Shown one piece after another: positions 30,650-39,800 of a DNA stretch of 64,000 bases. A program made the translations under genes and the position numbers. This DNA comes from Candidatus Binatia bacterium (lineage in GTDB: Bacteria; Desulfobacterota; Binatia; Bin18). The stretch spans positions 3,968,001 to 4,032,000 of the forward strand of contig OY761159.2 of NCBI GenBank assembly GCA_963664395.2, in the 5' to 3' direction. The notes beneath the pieces are model-generated. The model made no database searches. It saw only the letters and a program-made list of their open reading frames with translations, and was not told the origin of the DNA. Every line of letters starts with the position of its first letter. Position 1 is the stretch's first letter.

Positions 30650-30722
30650 TGAGGTGTGGGCTAATTGGTAAGCCACCTGACTCTGGATCAGGCGATTGTA
30701 GGTTCGAGTCCTACCACCTCAG
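30650..30722 (+). tRNA. tRNA-Gln (CTG)
   Basis: TGAGGTG/CACCTCA acceptor (U1-A72), CCTGA-CT-CTG-GA-TCAGG, GGTTCGAGTCC. Confidence 0.95.
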
Positions 30723-30732
30723 CTCTCAGTGC

Positions 30733-30807
<75 letters not shown>

Positions 30808-30874
30808 TCCTCAGAGGAAGCGGTGGTAAGTAACTGTCAACGCAACTCGTCGGACTCATACTAAGGAGCTCTCT

Positions 30875-32806
30875 ATGGCACCAGAACAAAATGTCTTTGA
30901 GCGGATGATCAAGGCAGACCGTGAAAATCAAGAGAGCAAACACTGGAGCGGGACCTTCATCGAGTATTTGGAAAAGATCCGAAAAGACTCCTCGCTGGTG
31001 AAGCACGCCCATGCCCGGACCTATGATATGATCATGCGCGAAGGGGTCTCTCAGATCAACGAGACGGATGATCCACGCATCGGACGGCTGTTCAAAGACG
31101 AATCCCTCAAAGTGTATAATTTCTTCAAGGACGAATTCTTCGGCATTGAAGAAGCCCTGGCCCAGATCGCGCGCTACTTCCAGTCCGCAGCCATGCGCGG
31201 CGAAGAGAGTCGCCAAGTGCTGTATCTCATGGGGCCGGTTGGGGCCGGAAAGAGTTCGCTGGTTGAAAAGCTACAGCGTGGACTTGAAGGGCTTGATCCG
31301 ATCTACGCGATTGCGGGCTCACCCATGCAGGAAGAGCCGCTCTTGCTCATCCCTCGCCATTTGCGGAAAGAATTCGAGAAAATGCTCGATGTGCGGATTG
31401 AGGGCGACCTCTGTCCGGTCACGCGCTGGCGCTTGCGTGAGGAATTCAAAAACCACTATGAAGAGATGCCGATCACCACGGTTGGATTCTCAAAACGCAA
31501 TCGGCGCGGGATTGGCGTTGTGCCGCCGGTTGATCCGAATAATCAGGACACTTCAGTCCTGGTCGGCTCTGAAGATATCTCAAAACTGGACCGCTACTCA
31601 GAAGGCGACCCGCGTGTGCTCGAACTGAACGGGGCGTTCAACGTCGGCAACCGCGGCATGGTCGAGTTCATTGAGGTCTTTAAGAACGAGACCGAATATC
31701 TGCACGCGATGATTACGGCTACGCAGGAGAAATTCGTGCCGGCGCCGGGTCGGCATGGAACGGTATTTGTTGACACGGTCATTGTTGCCCACTCGAACGA
31801 AGCCGAATGGCAGAAGTTCAAGGCCGATCATACCAACGAGGCGATTCTCGACCGTATCGTCGTGGTCAAGGTGCCGTATAATTTGCGTCAGTCGGAAGAG
31901 GTCAAAATCTACCAGAAGATGCTACACACTTCCGACTTCCGAGCCAGCGTGGCGCCGCATACGCTCGAAATAGCGGCGATGTTCGCCATCCTGTCACGTT
32001 TGGAGCCCTCGCCCAAATGCGATCTGATGACCAAGCTGCGCCTGTACAACGGCGAAGAAGTGGTTGAAAAAGGTCGTACCAAAAAGATTACCGTGAAAGA
32101 ACTGCGCGAGGATGCCAGGCGCGAAGGCATGTCCGGCATCTCCACCCGCTTTGTCATGAAAGCGCTCGACAATGCCCTGTCGGACGGGGGGTCGTCGATT
32201 AATCCGATCAGTGTGCGTGAAGCCCTGATTCGGATGGTCAAGGAAACGGAAATTGCCGACGATACGCGCAAGCAGTATCTGGAGTTTCTCCAAGACACCA
32301 TCCATAAGGAATACCTCGAAATTCTGGAGAAAGAGATCACCAAAGCCTTTGTCTATTCCTATCAGGAACAGGCCGAATCCCTCTTTCAGAACTACCTGGA
32401 CCATGCCGAAGCGTATGTGAATCAGACGCAGGTCAAAGATCGCAATACCAAGGAAGAGCTCTTGCCGGACGAGGGTTTTCTCAAATCCATTGAGGAGCAG
32501 ATTGCGATTATCGGCTCGGCAGCCGACGGCTTCCGCCAGGAGGTGATTGCCTATCTGTGGGCGTCATTACGGCGGAGTGAGAAGGTTTGTTATGAGAGCT
32601 ATGAGCCGCTGAAGGACGCGATTGAGAAAAAGCTGATGAGTTCCGTGCGCGATATCAGCCGCATTATTACCAAGGCGCGCACCCGAGACGAGGAACAGCA
32701 GCAAAAGCATACGGCCATGGTGCAGCGCTTGATCGAACTCGGGTATCCGGAGGACAGTGTTGACGTGATCCTAAAATACGCAGCCAATCATTTGTGGAAA
32801 GATTGA
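30875..32806 (+). CDS. prkA: PrkA/YeaG family AAA+ serine protein kinase
   Basis: Walker A GPVGAGKS, GAFNVGNRGMVEFIEVFK, AHSNEAEW, NEAILDR, VPYNL, EGMSGISTRF. Confidence 0.95.
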   Translation: MAPEQNVFERMIKADRENQESKHWSGTFIEYLEKIRKDSSLVKHAHARTYDMIMREGVSQINETDDPRIGRLFKDESLKVYNFFKDEFFGIEEALAQIARYFQSAAMRGEESRQVLYLMGPVGAGKSSLVEKLQRGLEGLDPIYAIAGSPMQEEPLLLIPRHLRKEFEKMLDVRIEGDLCPVTRWRLREEFKNHYEEMPITTVGFSKRNRRGIGVVPPVDPNNQDTSVLVGSEDISKLDRYSEGDPRVLELNGAFNVGNRGMVEFIEVFKNETEYLHAMITATQEKFVPAPGRHGTVFVDTVIVAHSNEAEWQKFKADHTNEAILDRIVVVKVPYNLRQSEEVKIYQKMLHTSDFRASVAPHTLEIAAMFAILSRLEPSPKCDLMTKLRLYNGEEVVEKGRTKKITVKELREDARREGMSGISTRFVMKALDNALSDGGSSINPISVREALIRMVKETEIADDTRKQYLEFLQDTIHKEYLEILEKEITKAFVYSYQEQAESLFQNYLDHAEAYVNQTQVKDRNTKEELLPDEGFLKSIEEQIAIIGSAADGFRQEVIAYLWASLRRSEKVCYESYEPLKDAIEKKLMSSVRDISRIITKARTRDEEQQQKHTAMVQRLIELGYPEDSVDVILKYAANHLWKD

Positions 32807-32855
32807 TCTGCAATTTGCGACTCCTCCATGGTTCGGTCTGCGGAGGTGAGTTGAG

Positions 32856-34091
32856 GTGGTGCAGGATATGAAACCGACAATCAATGCGATCTTTCGTCCG
32901 TACTCTTCATCTGATGCGCTGCGCTCCGACCGCAGCGCTGGCGACCGGCAACGGCACCGGCAGAAAGTCAGAGAAGCGGTGCGTGAGAACATCGCCGACC
33001 TGATTGCCGAAGAGTCCATCATCGGCAAGAACAAAGACAAGATCATCAAAGTCCCCATCCGAGGGGTCAAGGAATACCGCTTTATCTACGGCGAAAACGC
33101 CTCCGGCGTCGGGCAGGGAGACGGCAACTCGGAAAAGGGCCAGGTCATTGGCAAGACCGATGGAACCGGCCACGGGCAGGGCGAGGATAAAGCCGGCGAC
33201 CAGCCCGGTGTCGACTATTATGAGACCGATGTGACCCTGGAGGAACTGGTCGAGATCATGTTCGAGGACCTCGAACTGCCGGATATGGAACGCAAAATTT
33301 TGCGCGAGGTCATGTCCGACCGCATCAGCAAGCGCAAGGGCTTTCGAAAAGCGGGCATCCGGATTCGGCTGGATAAAAAACGGACGGCCAAATCACGCAT
33401 TAAACGCCGCCTCGCCGCCACCAAACGAGACGGCGACCCAGCGGATGAGGAGCAACGCTTCCCCTTTCGCAAAGAGGATCTCATCTATCGCCATCTGGTC
33501 GAAGATGTCCGCCCGGAGTCCAACGCCGCGGTGCTGTGCATCATGGACACCTCGGGCTCTATGGACACCCTGAAAAAGTATCTGGCGCGTAGCTTCTTCT
33601 TTTTGTTGTATCAATTTGTCAGCACCAAATACCGCAATGTCGAGATTGTCTTTATTGCGCATCATACCGAGGGGAAAGAAGTCACCGAGGAAGAATTTTT
33701 CTATAAGGGCGAGTCTGGCGGGACGTTCATCTCTTCCGGCTACACTAAAGCGCTCGAAGTGATCCAGGCCCGCTATCACCCGTCATTGTGGAATCTGTAC
33801 GCCTTTCACTGTTCGGATGGCGATAATTTTGACTCTGATAACCCTGCGGCGCTCAAGGCCGCCCAGGAACTGTGCGAGCTGTGTAACTTATTTGGCTATG
33901 GGGAGATCAAGCCGCTCGGATCGCGCTATTACGAAAGCTCTATGCTCAATATTTTCCGTCGCCTGGAAGCCGAGAACTTTCAGACCGTGCTGATCGAACG
34001 CAAAGAAGATATCTGGCCGAGCTTCAAAACGTTTATGTCCAAAGAACGCACGCCGATCGCTACGGAAACACCCGCGGCGGCCGAACAATAG
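32856..34091 (+). CDS. yeaH: YeaH/YhbH (DUF444) vWA-like protein
   Basis: FEDLELP, MDTSGSM (MIDAS), FIAHHT, ESGGT, SDGDN; canonical position after prkA. Confidence 0.92.
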   Translation: MVQDMKPTINAIFRPYSSSDALRSDRSAGDRQRHRQKVREAVRENIADLIAEESIIGKNKDKIIKVPIRGVKEYRFIYGENASGVGQGDGNSEKGQVIGKTDGTGHGQGEDKAGDQPGVDYYETDVTLEELVEIMFEDLELPDMERKILREVMSDRISKRKGFRKAGIRIRLDKKRTAKSRIKRRLAATKRDGDPADEEQRFPFRKEDLIYRHLVEDVRPESNAAVLCIMDTSGSMDTLKKYLARSFFFLLYQFVSTKYRNVEIVFIAHHTEGKEVTEEEFFYKGESGGTFISSGYTKALEVIQARYHPSLWNLYAFHCSDGDNFDSDNPAALKAAQELCELCNLFGYGEIKPLGSRYYESSMLNIFRRLEAENFQTVLIERKEDIWPSFKTFMSKERTPIATETPAAAEQ

Positions 34092-34121
34092 AGGCGTCGC
34101 GGCAACAGCCGAGGAGCAGCT

Positions 34122-35552
34122 ATGGCTGAGTGGGATGTGAAAGACCTGGAAGGCTGGGACGAAAAAATTCGGGTCAAAGTCCAGGAGTTCGGCCTCTCCT
34201 GTTTTGATCAAGAGTTTGAGGTCTGTGACCACAACCAGATGCTGGGCTATATGGCCTATTCGGGCATGCCGTCGCATTACCCGCACTGGTCCTATGGCAA
34301 GAGCTTTGAGAAGCTCAAAACCATGTACGACTACGGGGTGTCCGGCTTGCCGTATGAGATGGTCATCAACTCTGACCCGTCGATCGCCTACCTGATGACC
34401 GACAACTCGTTTTGTCTCCAGGTCCTGACGATTGCGCATGTCTACGGCCATAACGATTTTTTCAAAAACAATTTCACCTTCAAAAGTACCCAGGCCGAGT
34501 ACACCATCAGTCGTTTTAAGGTCCAGGCCGACCGGGTCCGCTCCTATCTTGAAGATCCTTCCATTGGCGTTGAAAAGGTCGAACGGATTTTGGATGCCGC
34601 CCATGGCCTGTCGTTACAGTGCCGGCGGAATCTTGCCATTAAAAAGCTCACGCTCCGAGAGCAGCGGGAGCGGATGCTAGAGGCTGCTCAGCCCGCGGCT
34701 GATCCGTTTGCAGACCTGCACCAGCAGGAAGATATTGAAGTCCCGGACCTCAACAAAATCCCGGCTTCTCCGGAAGAAGACCTCTTGCTGTTTATTCGTG
34801 ACTATAACCGTACCCTGAGCGATTGGGAGCGTGACCTGCTGACCATTGTGCACGAGACCTCACAGTACTTTATCCCTCAGATGGAGACGAAGATCATGAA
34901 CGAGGGCTGGGCCAGCTACTGGCACCGCGAAATCGTGAATAGTCTCGATCTCCCCCAAGAGCTGTATCTTGAATTTCTCGTCCGGCATAACCAGGTTGTT
35001 CGCCCCTTCCCCAAGGGCCTGAACCCGTACTACCTGGGTCTCAAAGTATGGGATGATATTAAACGCCGCCACGACGATCCAACCCCGGAGGAGATCGAGA
35101 AATACGGCCAGCCAACCAAAACCGGAACCCAAGCGCTTTTCGAAGCCCGTGAGGTGGACCGCGATGCCTCTTTCCTGCGCCGCTTTCTGACCGAAGAACT
35201 CATGCGCGAAATGGACATGTTCGAATATGAGCCACGCGGCGAGGATCTCGTGATCTCCAAGGTTTCAGATAAAGAAGACTGGCGCGGCATCAAGGAAACC
35301 CTGATCAAGAACGTTGGTATGGGTGGTGTGCCGGTCATGAAGATTGAAGATGCTGATTACAACCAAAACCGCGGCCTGTATGTCAAACATTACCACGAGG
35401 GACGAGATCTTCAGCTCGAATATGCGGAGAAATCTCTCTCTTACCTGCATCGTCTGTGGGGCCATGAGGTCATGTTGGAGACGGTTGTGAATAACAAACG
35501 GGCGTTACTGTCGTATAGCGCCGAAGGCTTTTCTGCCAAACCGCTCAAGTAG
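34122..35552 (+). CDS. ycgB: SpoVR/YcgB family protein
   Basis: GMPSHYPHWSYGK, YEMVINSDP, AHVYGHNDFFKNN, TKIMNEGWASYWH, NPYYLG. Confidence 0.93.
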   Translation: MAEWDVKDLEGWDEKIRVKVQEFGLSCFDQEFEVCDHNQMLGYMAYSGMPSHYPHWSYGKSFEKLKTMYDYGVSGLPYEMVINSDPSIAYLMTDNSFCLQVLTIAHVYGHNDFFKNNFTFKSTQAEYTISRFKVQADRVRSYLEDPSIGVEKVERILDAAHGLSLQCRRNLAIKKLTLREQRERMLEAAQPAADPFADLHQQEDIEVPDLNKIPASPEEDLLLFIRDYNRTLSDWERDLLTIVHETSQYFIPQMETKIMNEGWASYWHREIVNSLDLPQELYLEFLVRHNQVVRPFPKGLNPYYLGLKVWDDIKRRHDDPTPEEIEKYGQPTKTGTQALFEAREVDRDASFLRRFLTEELMREMDMFEYEPRGEDLVISKVSDKEDWRGIKETLIKNVGMGGVPVMKIEDADYNQNRGLYVKHYHEGRDLQLEYAEKSLSYLHRLWGHEVMLETVVNNKRALLSYSAEGFSAKPLK

Positions 35553-35613
35553 AGCCCGGTAGGTGTCCTGCTAAGCTTTTGGAAAGAGCACGCAGCCGGG
35601 GCGGCAAGACGCC

Positions 35614-36111
35614 CTAGCCGGGCGTCCCGGTGTGGGCAGCCTCCAGGAGTACAACGGCCTCAGCCATCATGCCTTCTTCTCGGCCCACAAAGCCCAGTGT
35701 TTCGCCCGTGGTAGCCTTGATGTTCATAGCGGATGGCTCGACTTCAAGTACTTCCGCCATGTTTTGACGCATGGCTTCTGTGTAGGCGGCGAGCTTTGGT
35801 TTTTGCGCTAAAATCGTCAGATCCGCATTGCCCACGCGATAGCCACCCGCTTTCACCTTTTCCATGACAACGCGCAGCAGCTCAACGCTCGACGCGCCGT
35901 GATAGTGCGGGTCTGAGTCCGGGAAATGCTGTCCGATGTCCCCTGCGCCCAACGCACCTAAGAGTGCGTTGCTCAGGGCATGACAGACGATATCTGCATC
36001 GGAGTGGCCAAGGAGTCCTTTCTCCCACGGAACCTCAACGCCGCCCAGAATCAGCTTGCGTCCCGGTACGAGCCGGTGAATGTCTACGCCCTGACCAATA
36101 CGAAAAGACAT
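35614..36111 (-). CDS. ispF: 2-C-methyl-D-erythritol 2,4-cyclodiphosphate synthase
   Basis: RIGQGVDIH, GHSDAD, GDIGQHFPD, KATTGETLGFVGREEG. Confidence 0.97.
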   Translation of the reverse strand: MSFRIGQGVDIHRLVPGRKLILGGVEVPWEKGLLGHSDADIVCHALSNALLGALGAGDIGQHFPDSDPHYHGASSVELLRVVMEKVKAGGYRVGNADLTILAQKPKLAAYTEAMRQNMAEVLEVEPSAMNIKATTGETLGFVGREEGMMAEAVVLLEAAHTGTPG

Positions 36112-36124
36112 GTCGGACCTGAGC

Positions 36125-38089
36125 CTACAGGTTGTTCGCCATCAGTTCCACCAAGTGTTTATTGAAACTCACCGGGTCGGTAATCTCTGAGCCTTCAGCC
36201 AGGAGCCCATAGCCCAACAGCAACTCCGCGTAGGTCTTCAGGGTCGGGTCGTCTTTATCGTGTTGAAAACGTCCCTGGAGTTTCTCCAGGAGTGGATGGG
36301 TCGGATTCAGCTCCATGATGCGCTTTTGCGTGGGGATATCCTGTTGAGCCTGGCGTAACAGGCGCTCCATTTGTGGACTGTGGTCACTATCCTCACTCAC
36401 CAGACATACTGGAGATGCCGTCAGCCGATTGGACAAGCGGACTTCTTTAATATGTTCGTCAAGCATTTTTTGGAGCGTTTGGAGTAAATCCGTATAGCTC
36501 TCGGACTTCTGCTTGAGCGCTTGCTCTGTCGCCTCTCGTTCGCTCTCGCTGCCGATGTGGACCGTGCCTTTGCCTATGGACTTGAGCTTTTTCCCCTCGA
36601 ACTCGGTGAGGGACTGAACGACGATCTCATCCACCGGATCAATCAAATACAAAACTTCATGGCCTTTGTCCTGAAAGGCTTCCAGATGCGGAGAGTTTTC
36701 AACTGCGTTGCGTGACTCTCCAGTCAAATAGAAAATCTCCGGCTGAACGAGGGGCATGCGGTCAAGGTATTCTTTGAGACTGACGAGCTTTTCAGGATCT
36801 TTGGAGGAGGGGAAGAGCAGGAGCGGCACGATCCTGGCTTTGTTCTCAAAGTCCGTGCCGAGTCCCTCCTTGAGTATCCGACCAAATTGTTTCCAAAACT
36901 TGAGGTAGGTCTCTGCATCATTCTGAGCGAGATTGCTCAGCGCCTCCAGCACTTTTTTTGTCAGCCAATTGCGGATTTGCGTAATATGCCGATCCTGCTG
37001 GAGTCGTTGGCGCGAAACGTTCAGCGGCAGGTCAGCGGAATCAACCACCCCTTTCAGAAAACGGAGATAGCGCGGAATGAGATCTTCGCACTGCTCCATG
37101 ATCATGACCCGTTGGGCGTAGAGTTGCAGCCCAAACGGCGAGGCGTGAAACGAGAGATCAAACGGAGCTTGTGAAGGCAAAAAGACCAGGGCCTGAAATT
37201 CAAAGCGTCCCTCAGCCCGAAAATTAAGCGTCTTGAGCGGCTCATTCCAGTCATGCGAAATATGTTTGTAGAACTCGGTATATTCTTCTTCAGAGACAGC
37301 GGACGGTGTCCGCGTCCAAATGGGTTTCATAGAGTTGAGGGTCTTATCCTCAACTACACGGGTCGGCTCTGCGTCTGGTTTGGGTTGGCCTTCGTCATCG
37401 CGTTCGATTTCTTCGCGTTCTTGCTCGTGCTTAATCGGATAGGTGACAAAATCCGAGTAGCGCTTCACAATATTGCTCAGCACCCACGGCTCGGTGAAAT
37501 CTTCAATCCCGTTTTCTTGATCGACCGGTTTCAGATGGAGGGTAATCGAGGTGCCCTGTTGAGGACGCTGCGTCTCACGCAGAGAGTACTCACCATCTCC
37601 TGTAGATTCCCACTCTGTGGCGATGTCTTCGCCCGCGCGGCGGGTCACCAAGGTCACTTTATCCGTCACCATAAAAGCCGAGTAAAAACCAACCCCAAAA
37701 CGGCCGATCAGCTCAGATAGTGCTTCGGGTGATTGGCCATCCTTTTGGACCTGCTCAAGGAGCGTCTTTGTCCCTGATTTGGCAATTGTCCCGATATTGG
37801 TCACAACTTCATCGCGGCTCATGCCAATGCCATTGTCGGAGATTGTGAGGGTGCGGTTCTGTTTGTCAGCTTCGAGACGAATCTCAAGCGCGTCTGTAGC
37901 TGATAATAGTTCTGGCTTGGTGAGCGACTCGAAACGAAGTTTGTCCAAAGCATCTGACGCATTTGAGATCAGCTCGCGCAGGAAAATATCCTTATTGGTA
38001 TACAGGGAGTGGACAACGAGATGCAGAAGCTGTTTGGTTTCTGCTTGAAAGGTAAAAGTCTCAGCAGCTTGATTCGATTGCTCAGCCAT
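36125..38089 (-). CDS. htpG: Molecular chaperone HtpG (Hsp90)
   Basis: FQAE, FLRELISNASDA, DNGIGM, GTIAKSGT, GRFGVGFYSAF, LNVSR; GAGGAG before MAEQS at 38089. Confidence 0.97.
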   Translation of the reverse strand: MAEQSNQAAETFTFQAETKQLLHLVVHSLYTNKDIFLRELISNASDALDKLRFESLTKPELLSATDALEIRLEADKQNRTLTISDNGIGMSRDEVVTNIGTIAKSGTKTLLEQVQKDGQSPEALSELIGRFGVGFYSAFMVTDKVTLVTRRAGEDIATEWESTGDGEYSLRETQRPQQGTSITLHLKPVDQENGIEDFTEPWVLSNIVKRYSDFVTYPIKHEQEREEIERDDEGQPKPDAEPTRVVEDKTLNSMKPIWTRTPSAVSEEEYTEFYKHISHDWNEPLKTLNFRAEGRFEFQALVFLPSQAPFDLSFHASPFGLQLYAQRVMIMEQCEDLIPRYLRFLKGVVDSADLPLNVSRQRLQQDRHITQIRNWLTKKVLEALSNLAQNDAETYLKFWKQFGRILKEGLGTDFENKARIVPLLLFPSSKDPEKLVSLKEYLDRMPLVQPEIFYLTGESRNAVENSPHLEAFQDKGHEVLYLIDPVDEIVVQSLTEFEGKKLKSIGKGTVHIGSESEREATEQALKQKSESYTDLLQTLQKMLDEHIKEVRLSNRLTASPVCLVSEDSDHSPQMERLLRQAQQDIPTQKRIMELNPTHPLLEKLQGRFQHDKDDPTLKTYAELLLGYGLLAEGSEITDPVSFNKHLVELMANNL

Positions 38090-38214
38090 TGTTTTCTCCT
38101 CTTCCGGTGAAAGGTACGCAAGACTCCGCCGTCTGACGCAAGCTTCGTCTCCTGTGTTCAATAACCATTCTTTTTCGGAACGCAAATGTATTTGCCCAGG
38201 TAAGGGGCTCAAAG

Positions 38215-38400
38215 TCAGGGCAGGCTCGGCGGCGGGCAGATCGCCGCCGAAACCAAAGTCGTCTTCCCGATACCTGATTCGCCGCCAACAAAAACAATCT
38301 GGTGTTGACCGGACCGGGCGACTGCAAACCACGTTTGTAATTGGTCCAGTTCTTTTTCTCTTCCCACGCTAGTGGCGGATTGGGGGGCGGTTCTGTACTG
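38215..38400 (-). pseudogene. Fragment of an AAA_16/STAND-type ATPase
   Basis: SVGREKELDQLQTWF...IVFVGGESGIGKTTLV then stop after about 10 residues; no Walker B. Confidence 0.7.
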
Positions 38401-38508
38401 GGGACTACAAGGTGTGTGGTTCGTGATTTGCCCCACGGGCTGACCAATCTATGCGCTTCTGCTCGCTGTTGACAACACTTCAGAAGAAGCGTTAGTAGCA
38501 AAAATATT

Positions 38509-38571
38509 ATGGCGGCTCGAAGTTTTTACTCTCCCCTCTGTCCGTCTTTCGCCTTTTCTTTTGCCCCCTAG
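38509..38571 (+). CDS. Candidate Phe/Tyr-rich leader peptide upstream of DAHP synthase
   Basis: MAARSFYSPLCPSFAFSFAP*; TTGACA at 38469; stop lies in GCCCCC-TA-GGGGGC hairpin followed by a pyrimidine-rich tract. Confidence 0.5.
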   Translation: MAARSFYSPLCPSFAFSFAP

Positions 38572-38660
38572 GGGGCGTATACTTTTCTTTCATCATTACG
38601 TTTCTCTATTTCTGTCTTTCTTATTCTCGTGCTGGAGAAAGAAACCGCTGAGGTACAACT

Positions 38661-39797
38661 ATGCTGATTAAAATGACTAAGCGGGCAACACAAGAAGAAG
38701 TTGTCGCTGTCGAAAACAGGCTTCACGGCTGGGGCTATAAAACCGGCAAAATGGTTGGAGAAGAGATTACGCTGATTGGGGTGTATGGAGATATTACTCG
38801 TTTGCCGACGGGTGAAGTCCAGGAAATGGGTGGGGTGGAAAGCCTGATCCCTATCTCGCGGGCGTATAAACGAGCGGCGCAAAAAGGCTCGCCCGGCAAT
38901 CTCATGCATCAGCGCGTCCGGATCGGTGGGGTCGAGGTTGGGGGTGACGACATTACGGTCATTGCCGGCCCGTGTTCGGTTGAGAGCGAAGCCCAGATTA
39001 TGGAAGCCGCTCGGATTGTCAAAGAAGCTGGGGGGAAAGCGCTGCGTGGAGGAGTGGTCAAATATCGCTCCAGCCCGTATAGCGGCTGGGAGGGTATCGG
39101 GTCGAGCTCCGACGACGCCCTGCGCAACGGACTCAATTTGATTGTCAAAGCCGGACGGGCATTCGAGTTGCCGACTGTTGTTGAAATCCTCGATCCAGGC
39201 GACGTGTCTCTGTATGAAGACGTGGGAGTGGATTGCTTCCAGATTGGTGAACCCAATGCCAAAAATCAGGCATTGCTGAACCGCTTACGCGATACGCCGC
39301 TGCCCATCATCCATAAACGCGGCAACTCACTGGACATAGAAGCGTATTTACTGTGGGTAGAGCGCGTGATGGCCTTGGGCAAGGAAAATGTCATCCTGTG
39401 TGAGCGTGGGATCATGAGCGCCAACAAGTATACGCGCAATACCTTGGACCTCGGTGGGGTGGCAGCCTTCCACTATCAATTGTCCTGCCTGCCTATTGCG
39501 ATAGACGCTTCGCACGGAACAGGGTTGAGAGACCTGGTGCATCCCATGACGCTGGCCGGTGTCATGGCCGGAGCATCTGTTGTCCTTGTCGAATGCCATC
39601 CCAATCCGTTAATTGCCAAATCGGACGGCTTTCAGGGATTATTCCCGGAACAACTCAAACGTCTTGTCACTGCCTGTGAACAAGTCTGGGAGACGCGCAA
39701 ACGCCTCGCACCACTCTATGTGCCAAGTGCGCTCCTCGAACGAGACTACGAAGCGCGAGTCGCCGAGGATAAACAGCGCTTCTTTGGTGCACAGTAA
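38661..39797 (+). CDS. aroF: Type I-beta DAHP synthase-like enzyme with N-terminal regulatory domain (atypical motifs)
   Basis: IAGPCSVE, LRGG..K.RSSPY, KRG, CERGI, TRNTLD, DASH, E.HP.P..A.SDG. Confidence 0.8.
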   Translation: MLIKMTKRATQEEVVAVENRLHGWGYKTGKMVGEEITLIGVYGDITRLPTGEVQEMGGVESLIPISRAYKRAAQKGSPGNLMHQRVRIGGVEVGGDDITVIAGPCSVESEAQIMEAARIVKEAGGKALRGGVVKYRSSPYSGWEGIGSSSDDALRNGLNLIVKAGRAFELPTVVEILDPGDVSLYEDVGVDCFQIGEPNAKNQALLNRLRDTPLPIIHKRGNSLDIEAYLLWVERVMALGKENVILCERGIMSANKYTRNTLDLGGVAAFHYQLSCLPIAIDASHGTGLRDLVHPMTLAGVMAGASVVLVECHPNPLIAKSDGFQGLFPEQLKRLVTACEQVWETRKRLAPLYVPSALLERDYEARVAEDKQRFFGAQ

Positions 39798-39800
39798 CGG

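Noticed and set aside
34122-35552. SpoVR as evidence of sporulation
   Set aside because: The PrkA-YeaH-SpoVR module is common in non-sporulating Gram-negatives
38090-38332. 81-aa N-terminal extension of HtpG
   Set aside because: RBS and Hsp90 homology start at 38089; extension overlaps the ATPase relic
38470-38483. 14-mer TGACAACACTTCAG shared with the minus strand near 8849-8862
   Set aside because: A 14-bp match is expected by chance in 64 kb and flanks do not extend
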